From Nitrosopumilaceae archaeon (GTDB lineage: Archaea; Thermoproteota; Nitrososphaeria; Nitrososphaerales; Nitrosopumilaceae): a DNA stretch of 64,000 nt. Made by a program: the position numbers and the translations under genes. The notes under the pieces are model-generated. The model made no database searches. It saw only the letters and a list, made by a program, of their open reading frames with translations, and was not told the origin of the DNA. The first letter of the stretch is position 1, and each line of letters opens with the position of its first letter. Positions 38,881 to 51,298 of this stretch are shown in pieces. The stretch lies in contig CBDBMG010000001.1 of assembly GCA_965207375.1 (NCBI GenBank), positions 32,001 through 96,000 on the forward strand, read 5' to 3'.

Positions 38881-40682
38881 TCAAGATTCTTTCGATTTCT
38901 TCTGTCTTTGGGCATCCTAGTACTAGGTAAGTTATTGCAGCTACGCGTATGAGTCACGAGGCCAAGAAGAAGCAGGCCATACGCGACGAACAAGTGAGTT
39001 ATTTACACATAGCACTGCTGTGAAATTTGCGAGGGGTCCGACACAATTTCAAATCTTGTTGATGGTTTGCCTTGATTTCAAATCACAAATCATGAAAACC
39101 TTCCGTAATTATTGTAAATTCTTGTCAATATTAGCTCAATAGATTTACATTATCAAAATATATTTCAAAATACAAAGTAAATACTTTGAAATGTAAAATA
39201 TATACAAATCAAATCACCCCCAAATCAATTAAGGATTTCAAATCTTGTCAATCAAATTCAGACCCCTCGGAAATTTGTTAACGTTCTAAATAAGCCGCCA
39301 TTAAAGTTATCGTTTAGGTATTAAGGGCTCAGTATGTTCTAGCTATATAGAATCAGTAACCCGACAATGGAGGAACTGAATCGGCGCCACTACGAGTTTT
39401 ATGGCGCCCATTCGTGCGCCCACGCTTGAAAAACCATCCTTTTGGCGTCCATTCACCCGTTTACTAGACAAATAGTACCTTTAGTGTGTGAAGAATTGTT
39501 GACGTGAAGTTCATCAACATTGGTCACGTCTAACTTCTACAACAGCCATACAAAGTCCTTCCTGTCATCAAAAAATTTTTTACACGGCTTGTGTGACCCG
39601 GCATGAATCCCAGAATTTATATTTGAAACACTCATTTAGTACATACACTTGTTTGTCTAATAACTCACTCATTTCTGCAGGATTTCGACCAAATTTGTAT
39701 CAACACTTCTCCTATATGTAGCTATGCTCTACCAGACAATTAACTTTCAGCATAAAGCAAATTTAATACCTCAATGTATTTGAGAGATAATTTTACACTG
39801 CATGTTGGTAGGTTCCAAAACTCGGACCCCATCTAAATCATTTGAATGAAATTTCAGATACACGAACTATATTGAAATATCAGTCTTCAGGATAAGTTTA
39901 AAGAATTATGGCACTTCTGTTTGTCAAAATTAGGCTTTAACCATTTCATTCATGTTTATGTGTCATGATAATTATACCAAACAATAATAGGTGAACAATG
40001 GCCACACATTATAAATAGGAGACCACTGTCACTGTTAGTGTATACAAAATTTTGTTTAAGACATTATAATATTGTCTTCTCCTGTAGATTGATCAACAGT
40101 AGAGGATGGCAATTATGATGTCGCACGTGCTACACATGACTGAGCCTTCATTGAAGTTGTCAACTGTTTTCCAGCTACATATAGCTAACAATTGCATTAA
40201 TAACACATACTTTATATGTTCATTAGCTACTTGGGGGAAATACAAGGGAAACATCCAAAGTATTAACTTGCTCCTCCCCGTTAAAATTTAATTACTCTGC
40301 ATGCATATTTTATATAAGGTTTCTTGTCAAGACTTGTTTATAATATATAATCTGTTTTGAATACTTACAAAAAGCAGTGATATGTACAAAAACAGCCTGG
40401 CTGTAAAAGAGTGTGAGGCCAATCAGAAGCCACAATGGTTATAAGCGACCAAAAACTCTGATATCAAGTAGCTAAGGCCAAGAATTTGCATTAAGAATCC
40501 TTTTACTTGAATGACGTACAATAATTTACAGGGCATTTTCACAACTATGATTGGCTTTGTCACTTGGCCACCTTTTTGTACCATCATCTTTTATATAGCT
40601 GTACGTAGCTATAAAGTGGCCATGCAAGTGACAAAGCCAATCGTAGTTGTGAAATTGTCCTGTAAACTATTGTATGTCATTA
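38881..40682 (+). mobile_element. Family B element, degraded, right hairpin arm truncated
   Basis: Reverse-complement match to 29642-31274 along its length; further hairpin fragments at ~3980-4360, ~18805-18980 and ~26134-26425. Confidence 0.75.
39030..39269. mobile_element. CGAGGGGTC-family MITE, 8-bp TSD
   Basis: CGAGGGGTC..GACCCCTCG; TSD gaaatttg; absent from the other family B copy. Confidence 0.8.
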
Positions 40683-41286
40683 ATCCCCAATAATTGTCAT
40701 TCTATGTCACGGTTTCTAGTTATAAGGTAGAAGGTGCCACGCTATCTGAGAAATAATAGGGGGCATAGTGCCCGGAATAGCCAACTCTCACGTGATATGA
40801 ATAGCTTATCTTTATGAAGAATCTGCAGCCTATTGCCAATCGTAAATGCTTTTTAATGATGCCCTATATTTTGTCCCTCTCACCTACACATTGTGGTACC
40901 GTACATTTTGCAGTCTTTATATACAAAGGGTTTAAGGCTTTGCTTACTAATAACTACTAGAGCTGAGGTTATGCTGGTGTTCAAATGTTATATTTTATAA
41001 TTCACATTTTAGCAGAATCCAATCAGTTGCCTTACCATTCAGTTCAGCCGTACTGCATGCCCGTTAGAATGTCTAATAGCTAGCTATATAGCTACAGTAG
41101 AAAATAGCCTCAATGCAGCAAAATATGTAAAAGCTTCAAATAGAATTTGTAGCATGGATTGCTCTATATAGCTTGAGTTTAGGGCTCAAATATTCTTGAT
41201 CCTACGTAACTGAATTAAGCAATCTCAGTTCCAATGTGATAAACAATGTACACTAATTTTAAGGAATTATAAGTTACAAGTTGTTT

Positions 41287-42140
41287 TTAAACCAACCAAA
41301 CAAGTCCTACTGCCTTTCAGTTTCTCTGTATGGCACTTGCTATCAATATTGTTGATGGGCGGGGCCTTAGTAACCAAGTTAGTAACGTAGCGCGTCGTGT
41401 GTTACTTTCAAAGAAGAGCGCCGTTTAACCAGTTGTACATTACTAACAAGACGGAGGGCTTTAGTTTTATAAGTGGGTGGTGCCGTGCGGGTTGCGGAGC
41501 CGCTTATAAAAGAAGACTGGCCTATAGTGTTACAGTAAGAATTTCGGCATAAAACTTTCAAAAAGTTTTATCACTAAAGTACTGGAGTACAAAGCGGGTT
41601 TAAACAGTAGAATTAAATTCGCATGCGTTGCTATGTATTCCTTAGTGATGAGTCTCAGTTTCTCTTTACGGCACTTGCTATCGATACTGTTGATGGGCGG
41701 GGCCTTAGTAACTGAGTTAGTAATGTAGCGCGTCGTGTGTTACTTCAAAGAAGAGCAAGGTAATGCTGTATTTGCTGTCCATTACACGGTAAAAACCGTT
41801 TAACCAGTTGTACATTACTAACAAGATGGAGGGCTTTAGTTTTATAAGTGGGCGTGCCGTGCAGGTTGCGGAGCTTATAAAAGAAGACTGGCCTATAGTG
41901 TTACAGTAAGAATTTCGGCATAAAACTTTCAAAAAGTTTTATCACTAAAGTACTGGAGTACAAAGCGGGTTTAAACAGTAGAATTAAATTCGCATGCGTT
42001 GCTATGTGTTCCTTAGTGATGAGTCTCTGCTCACGTGACTTACTGCTGAGGTCATTAAGGGCTATTACAATACATTAGATTAACAGTGGTTTAACTTACA
42101 CAAAGCGCCTGGTTTTTAGATGGTAATACGTCAACTTGTT
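41287..42140 (+). mobile_element. HINE copy 2 with an internal ~340-bp tandem duplication (41317-41654 / 41655-~42026)
   Basis: ttaaacca 5' remnant, repeated core, canonical 3' end. Confidence 0.8.
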
Positions 42141-42770
42141 TCAGCTAAAGCATATTGTAAGGTGGTTTCTAAACATGGGAAAAATCTGCATTCCGTACAT
42201 TCCTTATCGATCCCGTACTTAATTATATCATACTATTTTATGGAGTAATAATGGTGTGTAAAAGTACTTACACACCATTATTATAATTCCTACACTCCAT
42301 AAAATAGTATGAGCTAGTTTTATTATGTAATAATGGAATACATTATATTGAATCATATTCAGTATGAACTCATACCTTACCCATATGAATAACTACTACC
42401 TCCCATCACTACTTTAATTAATAATTAGTTACTGCTGTTAAGACCGATAATCAAATAAACTGATATTGTGATAACCGATATATCGGCTATGAAAATCACC
42501 GATACTGATACCGATAGAGTTAATCATTCTAACTCTAGATATTCAGTCACTATACAAGATCTAACGACATGCTAGTAACTGGAAACACTTGTTTTGCTGC
42601 TTTAATGTGGACTAAAATTTTAAACTGTTTGTTCAGTAATCTTATCATTGAATAAACATAACTGTGAACTTTGGAAAAAACATGTCCCCTTAAAATAATA
42701 GCTACTTTCATATTTAATAATGCAACACTACAACACTTGTATAGTTACAAGTTAGCTAATTATTATACTA

Positions 42771-43448
42771 TAGTTGGTTCGCGTTCACTGTGCGGTCGCC
42801 TTTTTTTTAATAACTTCCGGTAGAAACACGCTAGAATAAAAAAATTTATATTGTCGTGAAGCCCTTAAAATGCCGGAGAGGATGAAACAAGAAGTGCTTC
42901 AGCTGGAGCCAGCGCTTGGGAGTTATCGAGCTTTTAAGTTTTCCCATACATTTCCTATGGAGAAGCCGTTTAACTACAGTCCTTTAAAGTTACCGAACTG
43001 ACACATGTTTGTGACGTATTTGTGATAAAGTCGCGCCAATGTGTCGTCAGTAATAATACATTTTCGTCGCTAATGGTGAATTGTTCGCTTGAAGATACCT
43101 CTAAAGGTACAGTAAATATATTGAAACCATAGCGCTATACATAGAAAGACTTGCCAATTCATTTTAATTTTATCGTGCGCACTAAAACTTATTTAACCTC
43201 GCCATTCTTGGTTTATCGATATATGTTTCAGTAAAAACATACTTGTTATCACTCCAAAAGTGCTTTTCTTTCTTTAAAACAGTATAGCACGAGTCTTAGT
43301 GAAGACGCCATTTTTGTAAACGTGAGCCATTGTGCGCCCATATTTCGCATAATTAAATAATGACGTAGAAAACATATGTCTAAAACACTTTGATCTTAAA
43401 TGGCTTCATTTCAGCTAGCTCAACAGCAAAGTGAACGCGAACCAACTA
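42771..43448. mobile_element. TIR element (TAGTTGGTTCGCGTTCACT), superfamily unclear
   Basis: 19-bp perfect TIR; no clear TSD unless the terminal TA is itself the TSD. Confidence 0.7.
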
Positions 43449-43473
43449 CATAAATGTTTTGTTCATTTTGCAG

Positions 43474-43620
43474 GTGAAGAGGAGATTTGCTCAGTTACCA
43501 GTGTTAGTGGAAAAGTTAGCCATAACAAAACAAGAAAAAGGACAAAATTCAGGTTTTCATCTGATGGTAATCCAGGAGTCACATACCAATGCAAACTTGA
43601 TGATGGCAAGTTTAAAAATT
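43474..43620 (+). CDS. Exon encoding the N-terminal half of a basic bacterial-type Ig-like domain
   Basis: tttgcag acceptor, gtaagt donor, 147 nt, phase 1-1; TKFRFSSDGNPGVTYQCKLDDGKFKN. Confidence 0.8.
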
Positions 43621-44135
43621 GTAAGTTTTTAACTAATATAAATTCTTATAGAACTACCTGCAAATCAGTTCAGCCAGCCAAATGTGTAGAATCTGTGACA
43701 TTCAATTTGTACAATAGCTTTGTACAAATAATAGCTATATAACTAGCTAGCTAGATCGAGTGCTGTAATTTATTGCTATCAATGCTCTGTTACCACTATA
43801 AGTGTGTTCATCATTACTGATTTTATAGCTAATCACTTTAGCAAACACATGGACAGCAAAAATGTGGGGCAGAGCACCTCTAAAAATAAATACTCTAATA
43901 AAGCAGTCATTTATCCTAATAGAACAGTTAATAGTACAAAATTTATTGCCTGGTTCCACCACCTCTAGTTTATGACAATTAACTAGGGACCCACACCATA
44001 TACTACAGCTAAACTTTCTTTGCAAATTGTTTTTCGACAGGGATCGGTTCCTCATAAGGACCCCATTAAAATTGCTTATCATTCTACACATCCTATCCTA
44101 TATCATTTTGTAGAAATACCAATACATATGAATGA

Positions 44136-45057
44136 CAAGCACGTAGCCAGAAAATTCTGCTGGGGGGTTCTTTTGAAGAATATGTGGACCTTTTGCTACT
44201 GCAGCCAAGCCAAGTCCAAGAGCTTATATGGTGTGTGCATACTACATAGCCCACATTCATGAGGGCTTGTAAACATACAATATGTATAATATTTAAAAGT
44301 GCATTGTATTTACGTGTCCTAGGTAAACCTATAATATACTGCTGTTTATGCAGATTATTCTCTATTGCATGACTTATATATACATCATTATAATCAACAG
44401 ACAAAGGCACTATATTTGCCTGATCATGACTGGAAAATTCCAAACGCCCGCTGGACGAGCACGTGACACACTCCATAGTTTATACAACTCCTTCAGTCTT
44501 AGTAAGGCTTTCATCAAACTGGTTAGGCTATTCCCTTTTGAAGCACTGTTATATTCACAGCGACTAACTGCTTATTGGTACAGTTGTACTGCCCCGTTTC
44601 TTCGTGGTATTCATTGCTTGCTCCCCATAAAACTGACCAGACGAATTTTCCATCTATTTGAACTTGTATCCTTTGCCTCTTGTTTGAATATTTAATCGCA
44701 CGCCACCTGTAGTCCCACTCACAGTCACTGAATGCATGAACCGTCGCCATTTAATACTTTTGTTTTTGAATTTAAATCACGTGATTAATCACGTGATTAA
44801 TTTTTATAATTCGAAACCCATAATCAATTACAATGCATAAATCATGAGGCAGAGAGGCACGTTGGACTGCTGAAATATCTTGTTCAAGCCTAAAGAAAGT
44901 GAAAAGGTATATTATAATTATGGTGGGGTAGGGATTTTTTATCTTAAAAGTGGACCTTTTATTTTAAAAAGTGGACCTTTCATTACAAAATAGTGGACCT
45001 TTTATTTGTGAGGGCGGTTCGTCCGAACCTACCGAACCCCCCCTGGCTACGTGCCTG
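44136..45057. mobile_element. hAT-like non-autonomous element, 5-bp TSD
   Basis: CAAGCACGTAGCCAG..CTGGCTACGTGCCTG; TSD aatga. Confidence 0.8.
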
Positions 45058-45196
45058 AATGACCATTTAAAATACATGAATGTTTATGTAGCTACTTCAT
45101 ATATACATAGCTAGCTAACTCTGTAATATAACTATAATATAATGTAGCTAGTTATAATAGCTATATATAGCTAGTTACATAATATTATATATTTAG

Positions 45197-45327
45197 GTGA
45201 AAGTCCTAAGGTTTGGAGAAAACTGAAGAGAGGAAGACATACTATTGCTGTAAGAGCCTTTTGCATTGATGATGAAGGGAAAAGATTTTCTACTGTGAGA
45301 AGAAATTTCAAATTTCGAGTTCGTTAA
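45197..45327 (+). CDS. Terminal exon completing the bacterial-type Ig-like domain (CESPKVWRKLKRGRHTIAVRAFC...RVR*)
   Basis: atttag acceptor; T|GT rebuilds the Cys of the C.SP motif; TAA at 45325-45327. Confidence 0.8.
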
Positions 45328-46186
45328 TCAGTGTGACTTCATCCCTCTTCATGCTGGCATTTGATTATAGTAGTTTATATTTCTTTGTTAGGTTTCTGCA
45401 CTGAAATTAGATTTAGAATTAATTGCTACTCTTTATTGTGCATTTAACTTTTAACTTCGTAATTATGCCAACCATATGAAATCTGTATGCTAGCTTAAGT
45501 CGAAGACACTTACTTTCAGTTTGATTGTCAGCTTTAGTCAATAACTTTACATCTGGATCAGAGGTTAACACTAAGTCCACCATGCTACCTATGCATGAAT
45601 TTATAGCTACTTAAAACCCCTGAGTGCATCAACTCTGTTGCAAATAAGGACTTGTTATAGTTGAATCTCACACTTGCTATAGCAAACACACCGGCATGGA
45701 TGGTAGTTTGAGACTAAAGCAGCACGATTACATCAATTAAGGAGGCTCCTTTGTCCCCTTACTACCCAAATATTGGCTAGTTAATAAGTATAATTTTGGG
45801 CATAATATATAGCTAGACATTGAGGCGTAATAGGCAAATTTTCTGGCACATTGTAGCAAATGATAGTAAATTTATGAACCTGACTAACTAAATTATTACA
45901 ATTATTTTACTTGTAATCTAACAACAACAATAAACAATAGCTAAGTAGTGTGAATTCCAACACCAATATCGCGTGATCACTTCTGCTTAAAGGATCGCCA
46001 AAACAAAATATGTTTTTCCCACTAGCACAGATTTTTCTGACCATCCAAAACTCAGCTCTACACTGGATGTATCGCCGCTTTATGAGACATAATCGTTGTT
46101 GCGCAAGATCACGTGACCATGGCTCGTGTGATATTTGCGAGGTGAATCTTGGTGGTGGCATGCTTATTTCAGTTTAATGTACGAGA

Positions 46187-46333
46187 ATGAAATTATTTGT
46201 ACATTTTGTGCTTTTGATGTTACTGTCATCATAGATATTATAGACTCCGTACCCGTACGGAGTCTATAGCTAATATCTATGCTGTCATGTAATGACCCAT
46301 GCTGCAGCGAGAGAACCTTCATTCCAGGATGCG
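46187..46333 (+). pseudogene. IgGFc-binding/Calx-beta gene copy 2, exon 1, disrupted by a 59-nt insertion
   Basis: Near-identical to 21473-21560 apart from a 52-bp palindromic element plus 7-bp TSD. Confidence 0.85.
46230..46281. mobile_element. 52-bp palindromic P-like mini-MITE
   Basis: CATAGATAT..ATATCTATG; 7-bp TSD ctgtcat; empty site in the paralogous exon at ~21510. Confidence 0.8.
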
Positions 46334-47150
46334 GTACGTTGTTCTGCATTCATATGATAGTTAGATAGTGTACGCTATAAAGCCAGGCAAACTCGATTAC
46401 TTGTTTCTCAATTATCGCCCGCATGACTCCAAACACTACCGCCTTAAATTTTAGTATGTTTATAAATTCATTATTCAAAATGTCTTCACCCGGCTCTCAC
46501 TCCCATTGTAAAAATTAATGTTCATGAGAAAGCAAGTATCAAGTTTGGACTAACTCATAACTGATGATACCTTTCTTGGCATTTTATGCACTGGTCTTCA
46601 ACTGTTAAATAAGTTTCAGTCCAACCAGCTCATTCTGCATGGTAATAATTATAACAAAATAGCCTATGCACACGTGGTTGTGAAGGTATACAAAAATGGG
46701 TTGACAAAATTAATTTTATTAATCTAGTGCTACGAAGTGAAAACTATCAGGTGACTATTTGCAATAATTTTTACAGAACCAACCCCTTATTCATGAAACT
46801 ATTAAGAGCTGCCTTTTCTAATAGCCATGATCAGAATGACACAAAAATCATTACACCTCTCACAATGAAGACCACTGAATAACTTATCACCAAGAGTTAA
46901 TAATAAGATCACCAAGGTAAACAGTTTAGGACATAAGCCCTGTCTTTAGACGTCTCTGCATGTGCATTTTTATCAAAACCGCAAATTTTAATTGTGACTT
47001 GCTATCAAGATGGGAATCATTTTAACTGATAAGTAAGATAAGTAACTAGTCACCAGATAGCTTTCAATAGCATTTCATTTTTGTGCATCAGTAATCCAAA
47101 ATTTTCATAAGATGTACAAAATTTCAAAAACCTTAGATTTTGCAGGTATA

Positions 47151-48944
47151 CTAAAAAATTTAAATTTAAAAAGTGAGTAGGGATCAATCTTTCACTGCTA
47201 CAAAAAGTAAGGAAACAAAGAATAAGATTTTGGCACAAAAGAACACTAAAGATTCTGGCATGAAATAATTGATAAAAGTTAATCCCTACTTTTGGTCCAC
47301 GATTTCAATAGGTTAGTAGCTATGCATGATCAAGCCAAAAGTAGGGATTAAACTTTTATCAATTATCTCATGCCAGAATCTTTAGTGTTCTCTTGTGCCA
47401 AAATCTTATTCCTTGTTTCCTTACTTTTTGTAGCAGTGAAAGATCGATCCCTACTCACTTTTAAATTTTTATTTATTCTAGTACATTTGCTTTTTATAGC
47501 ATACTTGCATAAGTATATAGTTGACATAATAATATAATTTAAATCAACCTGTCCTTGCTTTCCAGGCACCTAAATCGTTACAGGCATCACAACTTAATTA
47601 TGTTTTACAGGCGCTTGTTAACAAGAGCGTTAACATGGTAAAGCAGCTGTATTATAGCTCATTACATTCAAAAAACATCAAAATCTATTTTGTAAAAATG
47701 CTACAATTGAAGTGGTCGTCTGCAGTGGCGTAACTAAACCCGGGCCTACCCGGGCCTGGGCCCGGGCATCAATTTTGGAATGTTTTTAGAAATTAGAAAT
47801 GAAAGTCTAAGTTTATATCCAGTGACTACTATCAAATTGTGTGCAAGTAGCTAATCATAACATGTTAATATATACCTTAATGCTTTTATCTCCATTTATC
47901 GAATGGCTAGCCATACCGGGTATGCCTGTGAATGAATAGCCGAAACAAGCGCCACTAAAAATAATTTGTCACGTGATAACTTAATATGGCCAAGCGCGTG
48001 TTTTGTAAGCAGTAACAAAGTGTGATTTTGAGGTGAAATGATTAAGTACTGGTGATTATCACGAGGAGCGTACACCATTTCTCTCTGATTATTTATGCCA
48101 TTCTGATGATTCAGTCAGTGAGTTCATGGACAAAATGGCGCGTGATCCTGAGCCTATCAAGTAAGGCTCAAACCCTACATGGACAAAGGCAAGGATAATA
48201 GAATAGGCAACCTGCAATGGTATACAATCCATAGTGAGTTTTAAATAGATTTAAAGGCCTCTGCACACTCGGAGATTCGCAAGTCAAAGATTTAATGATT
48301 ACAAGAAAGAAGCAGCATCTCGCCAGCAAAAGTATAATTAATGCACAGATATAACCGTGCACACGTAAATACCTTTAGCATATATTATAAACACTGAGCT
48401 GCAGGAACAGGAGCTAATAGCTGGCTTCATGCATTTCTACAGTGTTCAGTAGGTGACAATGCACTTTTTGTTTAAATTAAAGATAATGTGAATAATTATA
48501 TTTAACCATTATACTGACGGAATGAACAAGACCTTTGGCAAATGTACCCAGACAACAGACTGGAACTATGAACTTGTCTCACCATCACACTTAATCTGGC
48601 TATTATATAAAGTATGTCAGTATCTGGGCCCTGGCATCAGAAGTAGGCTGGTTACGCCACTGGTCGTCTGGCTTAAGTTGATGTTGTATACATGTTTTGT
48701 GTAATGGCGTGACAACCACATGTGTATGCGCATGTATAGTATACTTAAGTATTGTAGCCTAGAATTTGCTTCTAAGCAGTTGCACAATATTCCCTCTGCT
48801 AGCATTATTACAGCAGTACCAATGCATTTAAGTAGATTTTTTCAGCTAAAGCCTATTGTAAGGTGGGTTTTTAGAGGTACGAAAAAGCCAGATTCCATAC
48901 ATTCCTTATTGATCCCTACTATTAAGTACTACCATACTTAATGA
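47151..48944 (-). mobile_element. Family A long-hairpin Helitron-like element (contains a hAT insert)
   Basis: 5' TCATTAAG, 3' TTAG; the paralogous empty site (~22236-22262) shows insertion at A|T with no TSD; arms 47151-47295 and 47335-47481. Confidence 0.8.
47723..48662. mobile_element. hAT-like non-autonomous element, 8-bp TSD
   Basis: CAGTGGCGTAAC..GTTACGCCACTG; TSD gtcgtctg. Confidence 0.88.
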
Positions 48945-49179
48945 TACTTTGCAAGGGGCACAATGTTTAATGGTTATTTTTACAAAAGGTGCCAAGTTTG
49001 CAGATACTTATGTACTTAGTCAGGCTATAGTCTCCTATGCTAGTTATCGATGTGACGAGACAAAATTGCAGACAGAGGACAGACAGGTTTTAAGCTTTAT
49101 ATTATCATAATATTGATATCCTTGAGGGGAAGATCACATGATTAGCATAAAATATAGCATGGCCTTTTAATGTGATTAA

Positions 49180-50185
49180 AGGTAGTCTGCAATGGAAAAA
49201 TGACTTGGGCTTATATTTTAGCTTAGTGTTAGTAATGAAGATTGGCATGTGTGATTTGGTGATATTCCGCTTGGTTTAGCTACTACAGGGGTTTTAGGTT
49301 TCTTACATCACACGACATCACATCGGGAATAAGAACACGCACGTTTGTATGGAAATGTATGGAATTCGTATGCTTCTTGGATTATCAGCTAACAAAGAAG
49401 CTTATTGGAGCACCTTTGTATTTCTAGCAGTAATATACGCGTGTGAACATCATAACGTCTGTTGTAACAGAGCTTTATTCTTAAAACGAGAATTGTGAAA
49501 GGCGCGGACATGTACAAGTGGACCGGATTACTAGCAACCTATGACTAGTTTTGTCAAGTTTTGTTCACTGCATGTCTGTTGTTCCAATTGCTAGCTATGT
49601 ATTGTCGGATAGAATGGTGTGTTAGTCAGCCTCTGTCAGCTTTAGCATTTTGATTAGCACAACTATACGTGCTCTAAATGATTGGAATTTCATGTTGCAC
49701 AATGGTGGCAGTGGATCCAGTCTTCCTTATCATTGCAAGATTATTATCACACATGGTAAGGACATATACTAAGCAATTCATCTAGAAGTAGATTAGCTCT
49801 TCATTTTGAAAATTCCATATTTACCACCTCTCGCACCACCTTCATCGTTGTCATGTGACTGGCAATGCATTGATTCAGAGGACATGCTCTCTTTGTCACA
49901 AACTTGCTAGGAGAGAAGTATAATGATCAAAATCAGGCTTTCTTGTATCTCCCTATGCAAAACAAGATGAGTTTTAGTGCCTTCTGCCAATACAATGTGT
50001 GCAATAAAACTTTTTTATATGACGTCATGTATACTTGCGGAAGTGACATTTTGTAACATTGCAGCTTAATATCTCAATAATACACCATAATTTGATTATA
50101 AAAAATGTTGTTTTGTGCATTGCAAGATTAAATCAACATATCTAACCAATAAAAAGCACATGTGATTTTCCATTGCAGCCTACCT
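49180..50185. mobile_element. Kolobok-like non-autonomous element
   Basis: AGGTAG(T/G)CTGCAATGGAAAA TIR; TTAA TSD. Confidence 0.8.
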
Positions 50186-51298
50186 TTAAACGGCTAAAAT
50201 TTAGATTTTATGTGATTAACAAAACACTCAACATTCTATTGTCTGTACTCACTAGACTGTAGTTAATGAAATAAAAACCGTCATACAATCATACCTGCTC
50301 TTTGCCAAGTAGTGTAATTTACAAGTTTAAGACATGAAATTGTGATACAAAATTTGGCCAAAACACAGCATTATTCTAATCTGTGAGTCCAGTCCAGGAC
50401 TTAGTGAAGGCTGTGCTCTATATGTAAAACCTTTTGCTTACCTTTAGTCACGACCTGACGCATGCAGGGGTATACATAATAGTTGTAACACAGGCACTCG
50501 TACTCTCGCCCTCAGGCTTATCAGGCAAAGCACAAGTGTCTGTGTTGCAACTAATATGTTACACTTTCAGTAACGCTGTTGTATTTAGATATCGTGATGT
50601 ATTCACCTTGATTATGGGTCGTAATATTTGTTGCCAAAAACGTGAAGTTGTATTAATGTATTACCAAGCCTGGAATATTGCAAAAACCATCCCAATGCCC
50701 TGGGTGAGTGTAGAATAAAGGATGTAGCTATAGATTAGCTGAATTAAGTATCATACTGTATTTCATGATATACATTTGAATTACACAAACTGCTCATCTG
50801 GAATGGCCTTCTGGTTGTATATAGCAGCAAGGCAACAAATAAACATTACTAGGGATGTTGTTTTGCTTTTTATGCTATTGACTGACTTAAATAAATTACC
50901 AAAACAATAGTTTCATGTGCCTGACTCGGATGCACAAGACTACCAAACAACCTAACAACGTCAAAATTAAACCCACAATCAAAAACATTTGACTCTCATA
51001 TATAAAGGTTTGGTGAAATCTTTCAAACAGTATAGTCATTAGAATGCAAAAAGGAGTTGCATGCTTAACTTGGGTATAGCACATTAAGTCTACATACAAC
51101 TAACTATTCCATTCCACATGTCAACAAACTATGCAACATCACATTTGTAGCACTGCATGAGTACACAATTACTTGAAGGGACTGTACAACTAGGAATTTG
51201 TTCAGGAATTCATTTTAGTTTGTTTATTGATTACATATTATTATAGCATAATCGTATTTTATTTTACTCTCAATGTATTCTTGTGTTGTATTCTGTAG

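Noticed and set aside
44523-44750. 75-aa - strand ORF inside a hAT-like element
   Set aside because: No recognisable transposase or zinc-finger motif; left uncalled
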